Shown one piece after another: positions 1 through 11,835 of a stretch of DNA of 64,000 nucleotides. Made by a program: the position numbers and the translations under genes. The first letter of the stretch is position 1. Every line of letters begins with the position of its first letter. The notes below the pieces were generated by a model. It did not search any database. It was not told where the DNA came from and was given only the letters and a program-made list of their open reading frames with translations. The stretch spans positions 65,844,001 to 65,908,000 of the forward strand of contig OZ024742.1 in assembly GCA_964016885.1 (NCBI GenBank), given 5' to 3'. The stretch comes from Eledone cirrhosa (Eukaryota).

Positions 1-238
1 TCAACGACAGCATCCTCAAAGACATCAACATCAAAAACAAACATATCGTGGGCAGCAATACTAACACCATCAACACCACCAAAACCATTATCACCATTAA
101 CACTATTCACAACATTAACATCATTAACAACATCAACAGTAATATCACCATCAACAACATAACAACAACATCAACATCAACAACGACAGCAACAACTTTA
201 ACAACATCAACACCACCACCAACAATAACATCAACAAA
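1..238. repeat. Cryptic (ACA/ACC/ATC)n low-complexity tract
   Basis: Degenerate trinucleotide repeat; explains the N/T/I-rich ORF 48-317. Confidence 0.8.
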
Positions 239-239
239 T

Positions 240-425
240 AATTGTTTCTACTTTTGGCACAAGGCCAGCAATTACCCCAGTGTATTACTGGTACTTTATT
301 TTATCGACCCCCCGTGAGGAGGAAAGGCAAAGTTAACCTCGGCGGGATTTGAACTCAGACCACAAAGGGCCGTAACTCTATGCGTCAAAGCATAGCGTCC
401 GACCCTCTACCGATACTGCCAATCC
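240..425 (-). mobile_element. tRNA-derived SINE, family A
   Basis: Minus strand: A box TGGCAGTATCGG, B box GAGTTCAAATCC, body GCCTTTC..CCT..GGGGTCGATAAAATAAAGTACCAG, A/T-rich tail; many copies in window. Confidence 0.85.
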
Positions 426-436
426 ACCGTCAATAA

Positions 437-620
437 TAATTGTTTCTACTTTAGGTACAAGGCCAGCAATTACCAAGTACATTACTGGTACTTTATTTTA
501 TCGATCCCGTAAGGATGAGAGGCAAAGTTAACCTCGGCGGGATTTGAACTCAGATGATAAAGGGACTTAACTCTATGCTTTAACGCATGGTGTCCGACTC
601 TCTACCGATACTGCCAATCC
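437..620 (-). mobile_element. SINE family A, tandem second copy
   Basis: Near-identical to 240-425, separated by (AAT)n. Confidence 0.85.
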
Positions 621-829
621 AACGAGCTGCTTCGACAGCAACAACAATAACGACAACTATTTTGACATCAACTTCAACACAAACATCACCAACAAGGACA
701 TGAACAATAAAAACATTAGCTACAACAACCATAGCTACTGCAACCACATTTCTAAACAAGCATTGGTAAGTTTAAAGAGATAAGAAATAGCAGCTGGATC
801 TCCTCCAAATCCTGTGTTTCAATGAAAAG

Positions 830-872
830 AACACACACACACACATATATATATGTATATATATATAAACAC

Positions 873-911
<39 letters not shown>

Positions 912-1013
912 AACGTTATATATATATATATATATATATATATAATGTATTATATATATATATATAAATAAACGTTATATATATATATATAACGTTATAT
1001 ATATATATAAACG

Positions 1014-1067
<54 letters not shown>

Positions 1068-1068
1068 C

Positions 1069-1101
<33 letters not shown>
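830..1101. repeat. (TA)n microsatellite with interspersed AACGTTA units
   Basis: Direct reading. Confidence 0.9.
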
Positions 1102-1105
<4 letters not shown>

Positions 1106-1188
1106 GTTAAGACTGCTATACCAAGCGTTAACCTAATATATATCTTCCATATACTGTACTGATGGTGTTTTTATTTCTCTTTACCTTT

Positions 1189-1255
<67 letters not shown>

Positions 1256-1569
1256 AACAGAAATAAGAACACCATCAGTACAGTATGTGGAAGATATATA
1301 TTAGGTTAACGCTTGATATAGCAGTCTTAACGTTTCGGACGCTAGTCCTTCATCAGAAGAAGGAATGAGAAATAAAATAGATTAAGGTGTCGGGCGGGAT
1401 GGAATTGAAAAAAATGTCTTTAGATAAAAATAATAGGGCCATTCCAGGTGACAGGAAAACTAAAAGAGGATGAGACAACGAATGAAAATAAGGCAAAAAG
1501 GAAAAGATTTCTTAAGGGATCCTTAAGAAAAAAAAAGAAAAGAATCGAAAGACACATAACTTCCGCGTT

Positions 1570-1570
<1 letters not shown>
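1102..1570 (-). mobile_element. Short PLE-terminal-repeat-like element with partial inverted duplication
   Basis: 1102-1188 is the reverse complement of 1250-1335; carries an HHR; flanked by (TA)n. Confidence 0.65.
1325..1360 (-). ncRNA. Minimal type I hammerhead ribozyme
   Basis: UCUU-CUGAUGA-A-GGAC(UAGC)GUCC-GAAAC-GUU-AAGA. Confidence 0.8.
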
Positions 1571-1666
<96 letters not shown>

Positions 1667-1700
1667 CATAAGATCAAAGGATGGTTAAAGGAGTTCCATG

Positions 1701-1771
1701 TATTTTATTATGCGCATTTCAAAAACAAACATCATCATGCAATAATATTTGTGTTTTCATCAGATAAAACA
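1701..1771 (-). ncRNA. Hammerhead ribozyme (inverted copy of 1840-1910)
   Basis: Reverse complement of 1840-1910. Confidence 0.7.
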
Positions 1772-1839
1772 GGAGAATATATGTTGATTTAAAACTGCAC
1801 TATCCACAAGTGTTTTTTAGCCTTCATATCATGTTCTCC

Positions 1840-1910
1840 TGTTTTATCTGATGAAAACACAAATATTATTGCATGATGATGTTTGTTTTTGAAATGCGCA
1901 TAATAAAATA
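1840..1910 (+). ncRNA. Type I hammerhead ribozyme with extended stem II
   Basis: UGUUUUAU-CUGAUGA-AAAC...GUUUUU-GAAAU(GCGC)AUA-AUAAAAUA; 8-bp stem I. Confidence 0.75.
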
Positions 1911-2033
1911 CATGGAACTCCTTTAACCATCTTTTGATCTTATATATTATGTATACTCCAGTCCTACAAACTGTAGAGTGCTTCTTATCCGATATCTGCA
2001 TTGCTTTATTGTACTACAATAAAACTCACCTCC

Positions 2034-2093
<60 letters not shown>

Positions 2094-2252
2094 CTGTGTA
2101 GGTGTATGTGTGTGTGTATGTGTGTGAAGAATATATACACACGTGGTACATTGGTACAAATACTTCTCAGTTCACCTGAATGAGAAGTAATTATCTCGGA
2201 ATGTGCTCATAACGAATTCCAAATTCATTCCTAATTGACTCTATGAGTCAGG

Positions 2253-2321
<69 letters not shown>

Positions 2322-2576
2322 ACAGATGCATACACGCATATACATTCATACATCTTCAGCTACATATAGATAGTTATACACACATATAGGTACATGTACA
2401 TATGCACATACACATATGCACATACATATATATATCACACACATTATAAATATATATATATATATATAGTAATAATAATAATAATTGTGTAGTCTAAAAT
2501 GCGAAGAAGGCTCGAGTTTCAGAAGATCCCGTTAAGGGTGGAAGCAGCGATTCTTTGCTCAAACTTTAATCTGTTA

Positions 2577-2668
<92 letters not shown>

Positions 2669-2669
2669 C

Positions 2670-2772
<103 letters not shown>

Positions 2773-2773
2773 T

Positions 2774-3157
<384 letters not shown>

Positions 3158-3476
3158 CATGTGTACACACACACATGTATATATATATATATATACACAC
3201 ACACATAACAGTATTTTGTTAAATTAACTTCACACGGAAGAAAATGTGAATGTATCAAATATATCGAAGTACCAGTCAATGGTCGAGGGAATGTATTATA
3301 ATGCTTCTCCGAAATACTTTTCACTCTCCCATTTATCTTATACATCAATAATTAGGGCATTATGGTCAGTTTAGAATACTCTTATCCTTTTCTATGGGAT
3401 TAATGGCAACGATACCAGAAAACAATACAAGGCAATGCTGAGACCGTCTGATATGCAAATAGAAAGGGTCCTAACT

Positions 3477-3523
3477 GAGGGAGTGGCAGTTCGATATAAT
3501 GTATATCGAACTGCCACTCCCTC
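3477..3523. repeat. Perfect 22-bp hairpin
   Basis: GAGGGAGTGGCAGTTCGATATA-atg-TATATCGAACTGCCACTCCCTC. Confidence 0.9.
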
Positions 3524-3534
3524 CTACAAATAAC

Positions 3535-4280
3535 GGTTTCTTATTTAGGCATAAGGCCAACAATTTTTGGGAAATGAAAAGTCAATTAAATCAATCCCAG
3601 TGAATTACTGGTACTATATTTTATCGACTCCCACTAGATGAAAGGCAAAGCTAACCTCGGTGGGATTTGAACTCACAAATAATTGTTTCTAATTCCGGCA
3701 CAAGGCCAGCAATTATCCCGTGCATTACTGGTACTTAATTTTATCGATCCCGTAAGGATGAAAGGCAAAGTTAACCTCGGTGGGATTTGAACTCAAAATG
3801 GCAAGGGCCGTAACTCTATGCGTCAAAGCATGGCGTCCAACCCTCTACCGATACTGCCAATCCAGAATAATATATCATTCTCAGCATCTCTAACCAAGCT
3901 TTGTAATTTAGGAATCAGAAATTACAGGTAAAGTTGGTGGAGTAGAAACAAGTCAGTTATACCGACTCCAGTATTTTACTGGTACTGTACATTATCAACT
4001 TCAAAAGGATTAAAGGCAAAGTTACCGTTGGGATTTGAAATCAAACGTAAAGAGGTGGAACAAATACTACACAACTTTTGGCCGCTACTATAACGACTCA
4101 GCCAATAATATATTCTAAGTTAGGCATCAGGCAGGCAAGTAATTTTGGCGGGAGAGGAAAACCGATTATATCGATCCAGTACTTGACTGTTTTTTTATTT
4201 TAGTTTACATGAATCCTAAATGGATGAAAGGCAAATGTTACTTCTTGGGGTTCGAACTCAGAAAGTAAACAATCGGAAAA
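3535..4280 (-). mobile_element. Cluster of SINE family A copies (3680-3862 best preserved, others degenerate)
   Basis: Repeated GGATGAAAGGCAAAG..GGATTTGAACTC motifs. Confidence 0.75.
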
Positions 4281-4468
4281 TATATGACAAACGGTAAAAT
4301 GAAAGCTTGTTAAATTTGTAAAATGAATTGTTGTTTCGTATGAATTTAAAAAAGTTAACAGAGACTCCACTCATAGACATTCATACACAATATTAAATTC
4401 TTTCTTAAAACAGCAATACAGACACACACACACACATACAACATATACACACGCATGCATATTTTGTT

Positions 4469-4558
<90 letters not shown>

Positions 4559-4601
4559 AATATATATAAATATATCGGATTTTAGTCTTCACATTTATTA
4601 T

Positions 4602-4665
<64 letters not shown>

Positions 4666-5148
4666 ATAAATATATGTATGCTTGTGTTCATGTGTGTGTA
4701 TATATATACATTCAAGTATATATACATGTATGTAACAAAATTTAAGTTTTACAAATTCTGATAAAATTAAAATAGGAATTAGCATGAAATAAATCAATAA
4801 ACAAATATGAACTTAAAAAAACAATAATTCGACGTTTCTTTCATGAATGTATGTTAGTGTTTATGTGTGCAAGTCCCATCTCTTGTTTATTAATTGTAAT
4901 ATGCGTGTGTATACTAAAAAAATGCTTGTATGTATAAAAGTAAATGTGTTATATGTATGAGGTGAGTGAGTGTACGAACAGAATAAATGTTGTGTTGTGG
5001 AAAGAGATTGTAAATAAAGAGAAACTATACACACCATTAATATACGCGAAAAACCATCAATTTTTCACATGGTAAATTATTAAACGGATGAATATATACA
5101 CACATATATACATACATACATATATATATATATATGTATGTATGTATT

Positions 5149-5180
<32 letters not shown>

Positions 5181-5945
5181 TGTATTATCTGTGCAAATAT
5201 ATATTTATAAACCTTAACTAAATCAGTATGAAAGTCTTAGTAGAACTTAATACTGTATCTGAATCTATCTGTTGAATGTAAACACGTGTATAAAAAGGTT
5301 GTTCTGAAGCAACCGAATAACATCCAATGTTATTTTATTGCGGCAAGGTTATCACATGAATGCAATTTATGGTTGTTGCTTGTTTGTATTTTATCTAGTT
5401 GCTTCATTCCTCCGTTTGTATATAGAACTATATATTTATATATATAAATACACGCACATATATATATTTGTAATATTTGTAAACAATTTTTGTTTGTTTC
5501 ACGTTGATGCATTAAATGTAAATAAATCCTGGCGGAAGTAACAAGTGATAGAAACAACGTAAATAGTCCTGGAACTATTTACAGCAGATTGCAAACATTC
5601 CATACACCAGCCGGTTGGTTAGATGGGTGAAATCCGATAACTGTATACGTAGTTTAAGTATTGTGTAGTGATTTTCTCCTTTAGCTGTTGTCTGTATATA
5701 TGCATATCATTGTTTATGTGTAAGAGTTCGTCAGTAAGCGTTAGGCTATATATGTATGTACATATCTATGCCAGTGCGTAACAGTATATACGTGTGAGTA
5801 TGTATATGAATATAAATATATATATATATGCGTGTGAATAAAGATGAACATGCTTGAGATATATATATGCATATATATGTTTAGGTATATATATATGCAT
5901 GTGTATACACACACACACACACATACACACACACACACATATATA

Positions 5946-6017
<72 letters not shown>

Positions 6018-6021
<4 letters not shown>

Positions 6022-6112
6022 ATGTATGACCCACTCTACTACCCTAAGTATTGAGTACTCTGGTGCGTTATGGTCCATCTGGTTCCTTACTCCTTTGTTA
6101 TATATATATATA

Positions 6113-6152
<40 letters not shown>

Positions 6153-6439
6153 TATATACGCATACATGTATGCATATAAATGGGAGAAAGACGGATGCTT
6201 CCAGGTTCAATTGCCTACGGTGTATGCTATGATACATATACGTAAAAGTACACACACACACGCACATATATACATGTATATATATATATATGTATACACA
6301 CACACACACACATATAAAAATATATATGTATATATATATATATAAACAAGTATGACCCCGGCGGCAGACCTTAAGCCGTTTCGACGGCTATTTCTTTGGT
6401 GCGTTATGGTCCATCTGGTTCCTTACCACAAATCCTTCG

Positions 6440-6488
<49 letters not shown>

Positions 6489-6625
6489 AACGAGTAGAAC
6501 CCCGACGGCTGAGCTCAAGCCGTTTCGACGGGGTCCTACTCGTTCGCATTACCCACTCTACTACCCTAAGTATTGAGTATTTTGGTGCGTTATGGTCCAC
6601 CTGGTTCCTTACCACATTTCCTCCG

Positions 6626-6628
<3 letters not shown>
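6018..6628. mobile_element. Three partial direct copies of a short TA-embedded element
   Basis: TGGTGCGTTATGGTCCA.CTGGTTCCTTAC recurs at about 6061, 6397 and 6583. Confidence 0.6.
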
Positions 6629-6671
<43 letters not shown>

Positions 6672-6944
6672 ATATAGCTATGATAACTGTAATAAAGAAC
6701 TTCAACAACACTAGGTGCTGGATTTGTAGATTTTTGCTTTCTCTTAGAATGATGTCTTAGGACGGACTAGGGTTCTCTGTATTCTGGTCGGCCAAGGAAG
6801 CGCTCGGGTTCCAATCACAGAATTTCCACGACGCCGAGCGCGTGCACGCACACACACACTCACTCACATACATACACACATACACACAGAGACACACACA
6901 CATACAGACACACACATACACACCCATATATATACATACATTTA

Positions 6945-7090
6945 TAGAAGTATGCGAGTGGCCAATGGTTAGGATGTTTGACGTAATGTCGTCGGTTCGA
7001 TATCTGGACAGGCTACTGTGTTGTGTTGTTGAGGAAAACACTTTAATTCACAACGCTCCAATACATTCAGCTGAGAGTGAACACCAGTCC
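6945..7090 (+). mobile_element. tRNA-derived SINE, family B (degenerate)
   Basis: TGGCCAATGGTTAG..GGTTCGATATC..GTGTTGTTGAGGAAAACACT; similar to 27925-28185. Confidence 0.55.
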
Positions 7091-7139
7091 GGCATACAGT
7101 GCACGAAGGGTCGTGTATTTTCAGGCGCTTAAGTCCTTA

Positions 7140-7740
7140 CGTTATGAACTTTAAGGTTGTGACGATTGTCACATAATTTGCTTCAGTAAAATCAAGCGAA
7201 AGTCATCGGCGATGCCCCCGTTTCTCTTTATTAGCGGTTATCAATGCAGTATTGGTAGAGCGTTGGGCAATGTTATGTTTTGTGGCATCGAGCTATGACC
7301 CTTTACGTTCTGACTTCAAATCCCGCTGAGGTTAGCTGTGCTTTCATCCTTACGGGATCGATAGAATAAAGCATCAATAATGCACTGGGGTTGATTCAAT
7401 CGACTTCCCCTTCCCCCAAATCTACTGGCCTTGTTTGTGTCTATGGCAGAAATCATTATCAAATATACAATACGTACATTTATATGTATATCGCTAGCTC
7501 GGAGAAACAATACAAATTTCTAATTTATGCCGGACCGTTAACCATTCCGTATGTTTCATGAGCTCATAAACATAAGCGGAATTCTATGAGAATTTAGCAT
7601 ATTTCTACTTCAACAAAGGCAGGGAGATATATTATCTTCATAACCGATAATAAGTAAGAAACGCTTCGCCGATTACTTCCTCCTGTTTTTGTTGAAGCTA
7701 GGTATGTGACGATCGTCACAACTTTACAATTCATAGAGAA
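7140..7740. mobile_element. MITE-like element with ~80-bp imperfect terminal inverted repeats, interrupted by a SINE
   Basis: TATGAACTTTAAGGTTGTGACGATTGTCACATA.. matches the reverse complement of 7655-7740. Confidence 0.55.
7244..7455 (+). mobile_element. SINE family A (degenerate)
   Basis: TTCAAATCCCGCTGAGGTTAGC..CTTTCATCCTTACGGGATCGATA. Confidence 0.7.
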
Positions 7741-7954
7741 ACGCCTCCCAAATGTTTTTCAAACTATTGAATATACAATACGTACATTTATATGTATAAC
7801 CCTATGTCGGAGCACCAATAACAAAAAAAAATATATATTGACTTATGTACGTCAACACTCATCGTTTTCCATTTCTTAGAGGCTTCTAATCCCTACTATC
7901 AAGTTAAAATTTCTAAATTTCCTTTAGTAAAATATACGGCGAAAGGTATTTCTA

Positions 7955-7996
<42 letters not shown>

Positions 7997-8042
7997 AATG
8001 AATAATAACAGGTAGACATCATAAAAAGGTAATTTATTCTGT

Positions 8043-8162
8043 ATGCTTACAAATGTTTCCACGGTGGTTATACAGCCTAGATATGCTATGTGCAGTTAGC
8101 CTAGTTATAACTATTTGCAAAACTCAATTATCAAATGTTGTGACCACTGTATCCTCAGAGCA
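8043..8162 (-). ncRNA. Hammerhead ribozyme with large stem II insertion (sense to ORF)
   Basis: UGCU-CUGAGGA-UACAGUGGU...ACCACCGUG-GAAAC(AUUU)GUA-AGCA. Confidence 0.7.
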
Positions 8163-8248
8163 GAATGGTTAAAATGTAAAATGTAAATACCCTTAAGTGA
8201 GGTTATTGGGAAGATAGAGTAGAAAAGGAATGGAAGAGAGAAAAGAAG

Positions 8249-8286
<38 letters not shown>

Positions 8287-8462
8287 GGGGTTAGAGAAAT
8301 GGGAGAGAGTGGTTTGTAGAATACAGATATCTTAATCAAAATCTTGTGGTAGGGGTTTTATTATACTGGTTACTCTTAAAGCGACCACCTTAAGCGATAC
8401 GTTGATAGTTAAGGTTGGAATTATTTATTGCTACAGAGGGCAGGTTCATAGATGTGGGGAGG

Positions 8463-8548
<86 letters not shown>

Positions 8549-8723
8549 AAGATAGAGAGGGGACAGACGAAAGCTATGGGATGGGTCTACATTGAGTTCA
8601 TAGTTGTAGGCTACAAATTGCACTAAGTTTCCATTTATAGTGATAAGCAGGGTATTGTCTTGTAGTGTGGGGGAAGAGAAAGTGGTTAGCTAGAAAGCAA
8701 TGTTATAGTTACGGGATCGAATG

Positions 8724-9052
8724 TTAAGTTATTTTATAGTGAGAGAATTTAGCCTTCGGTTTGTGGTTGCAGTATAATGATCGTTCGATTCTATCATTTA
8801 GTAATTTATTTTTGGAATTTAAGATGTAAAAGAGTTCAAGGTTACATAACCTACAGTACTTCAATCCACTCCGATATGCACTTGCGCTGGAAAGTATATC
8901 CCATTTCAAGGTGAACTGTTGGTTGCGTTCACGGAGTTGCCAGGTCTTGTTGGCGAGCGTCGTCACAAAACGGTGATTAGGATGTTTAATTGAGAATCGA
9001 TGACGATACCAGCGAGATTTAAGGGAGATAGTGGTAAACCCGATGTAATACC
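8724..9052 (-). pseudogene. PLE GIY-YIG endonuclease C-terminal fragment
   Basis: YIGFT..LKSRWYRH..KWDIL..CRLCNLE..LLN..CNH. Confidence 0.8.
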
Positions 9053-9056
9053 ATTC

Positions 9057-9168
9057 TGCTCTGATGATACAGTGGTCACAGCATTTGATAATTGAGTTTT
9101 GCAAATAGTTATAAATTTGCACATAGCATAACTAGGCTGTATAACCACCGTGGAAACATTTGTAAGCA
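9057..9168 (+). ncRNA. Hammerhead ribozyme with large stem II insertion (inverted pLTR copy)
   Basis: UGCU-CUGAUGA-UACAGUGGU...ACCACCGUG-GAAAC(AUUU)GUA-AGCA. Confidence 0.7.
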
Positions 9169-9437
9169 CACAGACTAAATTACCTTTTTATGATGTCTAC
9201 CTGTTATTATTCATTCTTTATCTACAATCCAGAATACCGAAGGGTGAGGAACTGAGTTTCTTCAACTATTCTTCCATAACTGGTTGAGTAACCTCTCACT
9301 GTACGCCAACTCTATCCAGTGTAGTCATTAACCATTACTGCATCCAGGATAATCCTATACCTAATATATATATATATATATAACCAAGACTGGAATTGAA
9401 CCATCAGCACAGTTGAGTTACGTCATACATCAATTTA

Positions 9438-9507
9438 TATATTTTATCTGATGAGGACGTACTGAGGAAACAGCACAGTACCTCCGAAATATATATAATA
9501 AAATATA
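9438..9507 (+). ncRNA. Type I hammerhead ribozyme
   Basis: 10-bp stem I UAUAUUUUAU/AUAAAAUAUA; CUGAUGA-GGAcGUACUG..CAGUACcUCC-GAAAU(AUAU)AUA; lies in a TA-flanked element 9382-9548. Confidence 0.85.
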
Positions 9508-9571
9508 TTTGATTACATGAATGTCTATATTTATTAATATTTTGAATTAATATATATATATATATATATAT

Positions 9572-10200
9572 CACCAGGGCGTGTAACTTGGAGTTACTGT
9601 TAGTTAACCCGGGTGAGCACTCGATGTTTAGGTTCACTTCAGTGTCGAGGTGTAGAGCTAGACAGAATGTATTATAGTGAAATAAAATAACGAGGACGAT
9701 TGGTTACTCCTTCATTACGTTTATTGGTTGGTGACGCGCGTTTCGCCAGTGATCAGCTCAAGGTTCGATCTGTATCGATCCGACCCGACTTTGTAATCCG
9801 TAACTCGTCAGAACCCTTGTAATGGTATGGATAAATGAATATACATGCCGTATGATAAAGTCTGATGTTACTATGGTGGTCAGTGAAGTTTGTTTTGATT
9901 GGTGGATTAATTCATAGGGATGCTTTTGCCTGTAGGTATGTGGGGAAGGTGGGTATGGCGATAGGTTGGTGGTGCCGGCCGTAGGTTGAAGTGGGTGGCG
10001 GTGTGGGGGTGGTGGCTTTCGGTAGACAGTTTGGCATGTAGATATGGCTGATTTTCGTGTGTGGACTGGGTGTGGCGGTGTAGTGGTTTATGATAAGGAT
10101 GAAATGTGGCAGTGATTAGTGTGGGGTGTTATGTGTGGTAGTGGATTGTTAAGGGGGCTCATGCTATAAGGAGTTAATGTGCTGAGTGTATATAAAAGCA
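9572..10200 (-). mobile_element. PLE 3' fragment (C-rich spacer plus pLTR)
   Basis: Strand-biased G/T-rich spacer followed on the minus strand by an HHR and AATAAA. Confidence 0.5.
9726..9816 (-). ncRNA. Hammerhead ribozyme with long stem II region
   Basis: CUGACGA-GUUA...UGGC-GAAAC(GCGC)GUC; stem I imperfect. Confidence 0.6.
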
Positions 10201-10384
10201 TATAGATACATATTTACACTCAGTCTGACAAATATATTATATACATACACATGTGTATATATATATTTCTAATAAAGCCAGTGGGGAGGGCGATGCACAA
10301 ACACACGTACACGCAGACGCACACACATGCGTTGTTTAGGGTGGGGTTGTATGTGTTGGTGATATATATATTATATATATCACC

Positions 10385-10424
<40 letters not shown>

Positions 10425-10435
10425 TATATATATCA

Positions 10436-10501
<66 letters not shown>

Positions 10502-10508
10502 CAACTCA

Positions 10509-10546
10509 CCTTTTGAAAAGCAGAAGAACTGCAAAACCGGTAAAGG
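10509..10546 (+). ncRNA. U3-A8 hammerhead variant, GAAA mutated to AAAA
   Basis: CCUU-UUGAAAA-GCAG(AAGAA)CUGC-AAAAC(CG)GUA-AAGG. Confidence 0.45.
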
Positions 10547-10778
10547 AACCAAATAAATATATATATTTAAAAAAAAAATAAGACTCCAGTTGCATTTTCG
10601 ATTTCATCTCTTTTTCTTTATATATATATATATATATCTATTCTAAAGTGAGGTTTTTTTTACACAATGAAAAATAACCGAGGTGTCCTACACGAGTGAA
10701 AGTATAAAGAAAAAAAGATGAAATCGAAAATGCAACTGGAGTCTTATTTTTATAAAAATATATATATTTATTTGGTTC

Positions 10779-10814
10779 CATTACCGGTTTCGCAGTTCTT
10801 CTGCTTTTCAAAAG
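10779..10814 (-). ncRNA. U3-A8 hammerhead variant
   Basis: UUGAAAA-GCAG(AAGAA)CUGC-GAAAC(CG)GUA. Confidence 0.6.
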
Positions 10815-10922
10815 TAGAGTTGAGATGGAGGGTCTATGGTTTTTCTCACATCTGATGTGAGAAAAAGCCACAGACCCCCCCCCATCTCAACTCCAGTTGC
10901 ATTTTCGATTTCATCTTTTTTT

Positions 10923-11007
<85 letters not shown>

Positions 11008-11371
11008 TAAGTTATGCATGCATGCAGTGGCGGATTGGGTCTAAAAATATTGGTTGCCAGGAGATGAAGAGGGTCCACCTACATATAGAATGCTATCATT
11101 TACTTTTTATAATGAATAAATAACATTTTCGAAAAATACATAAGTGGAAACAAAACAGTGCAAATCAAAATTTTGCATAAAAATATTTCACCTTCTCCAA
11201 TAAAAAATATTATGTATTTTGCGAAATCCAGGTCTTTCAATAATGACCAGAAGTTGACCCTAAATATTACTAATAGCCCTAGGAAAGCCATGAATGACTC
11301 ATATTTTAAACTTTGATTTTGAAAGTAGGTTTATAATTATCAATTTTCATTTTCATTGAACTTTTGTGGCT

Positions 11372-11570
11372 GTTTCTGTGGCCCAGTTGGAGGAATCATA
11401 GACGGTGGTGATCCTGGTCTGAAGTTCGATCCTGATCGGGAGTAGGGTTCTCAGTAAAACCTCTTCAGTTATTTCTATGGGTTGTAAAATAAAAACTGAA
11501 CTTCACCAGGAATGAACCCAAGGCCAGGATCTTCACCGTCTCTAGTACCTACCGCTAGGCCACAGAGACA
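11372..11570. other. Inverted pair of tRNA-like Pol III heads
   Basis: CTGTGGCCCAGTTGG..AGTTCGATCC on plus; CTGTGGCCTAGCGGT..GGGTTCATTCC on minus. Confidence 0.5.
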
Positions 11571-11655
11571 ACTATGAAATTCTTATAAAAATTTATTCTT
11601 ATAAATTTATTCTTATAAAACAAATTGTTGTGTTGTCGTTCATGTCTTTCTTTGA

Positions 11656-11835
11656 ATTGGCAGTATCGGTAGAGAGTCGGACGCCATACTTTGCAGCATA
11701 GTTACGTCTCTTTACGGTCTGAGTTCAAATCCCGCCAAGGTTAACTTTGTCTTTCATCCTTACGGGGTCGATAAAATAAAGTACCAGTAATGTACTGGAT
11801 ATTTGCTGGCCTTGTGCCAAAAGTAGAAACAATTA
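11656..11835 (+). mobile_element. SINE family A
   Basis: TTGGCAGTATCGGTAGAG..GAGTTCAAATCCCGCC..GGGGTCGATAAAATAAAGTACCAG. Confidence 0.9.

Larger units (their letters stand above)
1661..2030. mobile_element. Fold-back HHR element in (TA)n
   Basis: 1661-1780 inverted relative to 1833-1950. Confidence 0.7.
7992..9362 (-). mobile_element. 5'-truncated Penelope-like element with inverted pLTR
   Basis: GIY-YIG C-terminal fragment, purine-rich spacer, HHR-containing repeat at both ends in inverted orientation (7992-8170 vs 9051-9222), (TA)n flanks. Confidence 0.8.
10500..10925. mobile_element. Three rearranged pieces (+/-/+) of the U3-A8 HHR element
   Basis: Matches 2774-2970 in alternating orientation. 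Confidence 0.75.

Noticed and set aside
860-1110. CRISPR-like repeat/spacer pattern
   Set aside because: Eukaryotic microsatellite; spacers are plain TA and there are no cas genes
4826-4850. Minus-strand GAAACGUC
   Set aside because: No upstream CUGANGA or stem II
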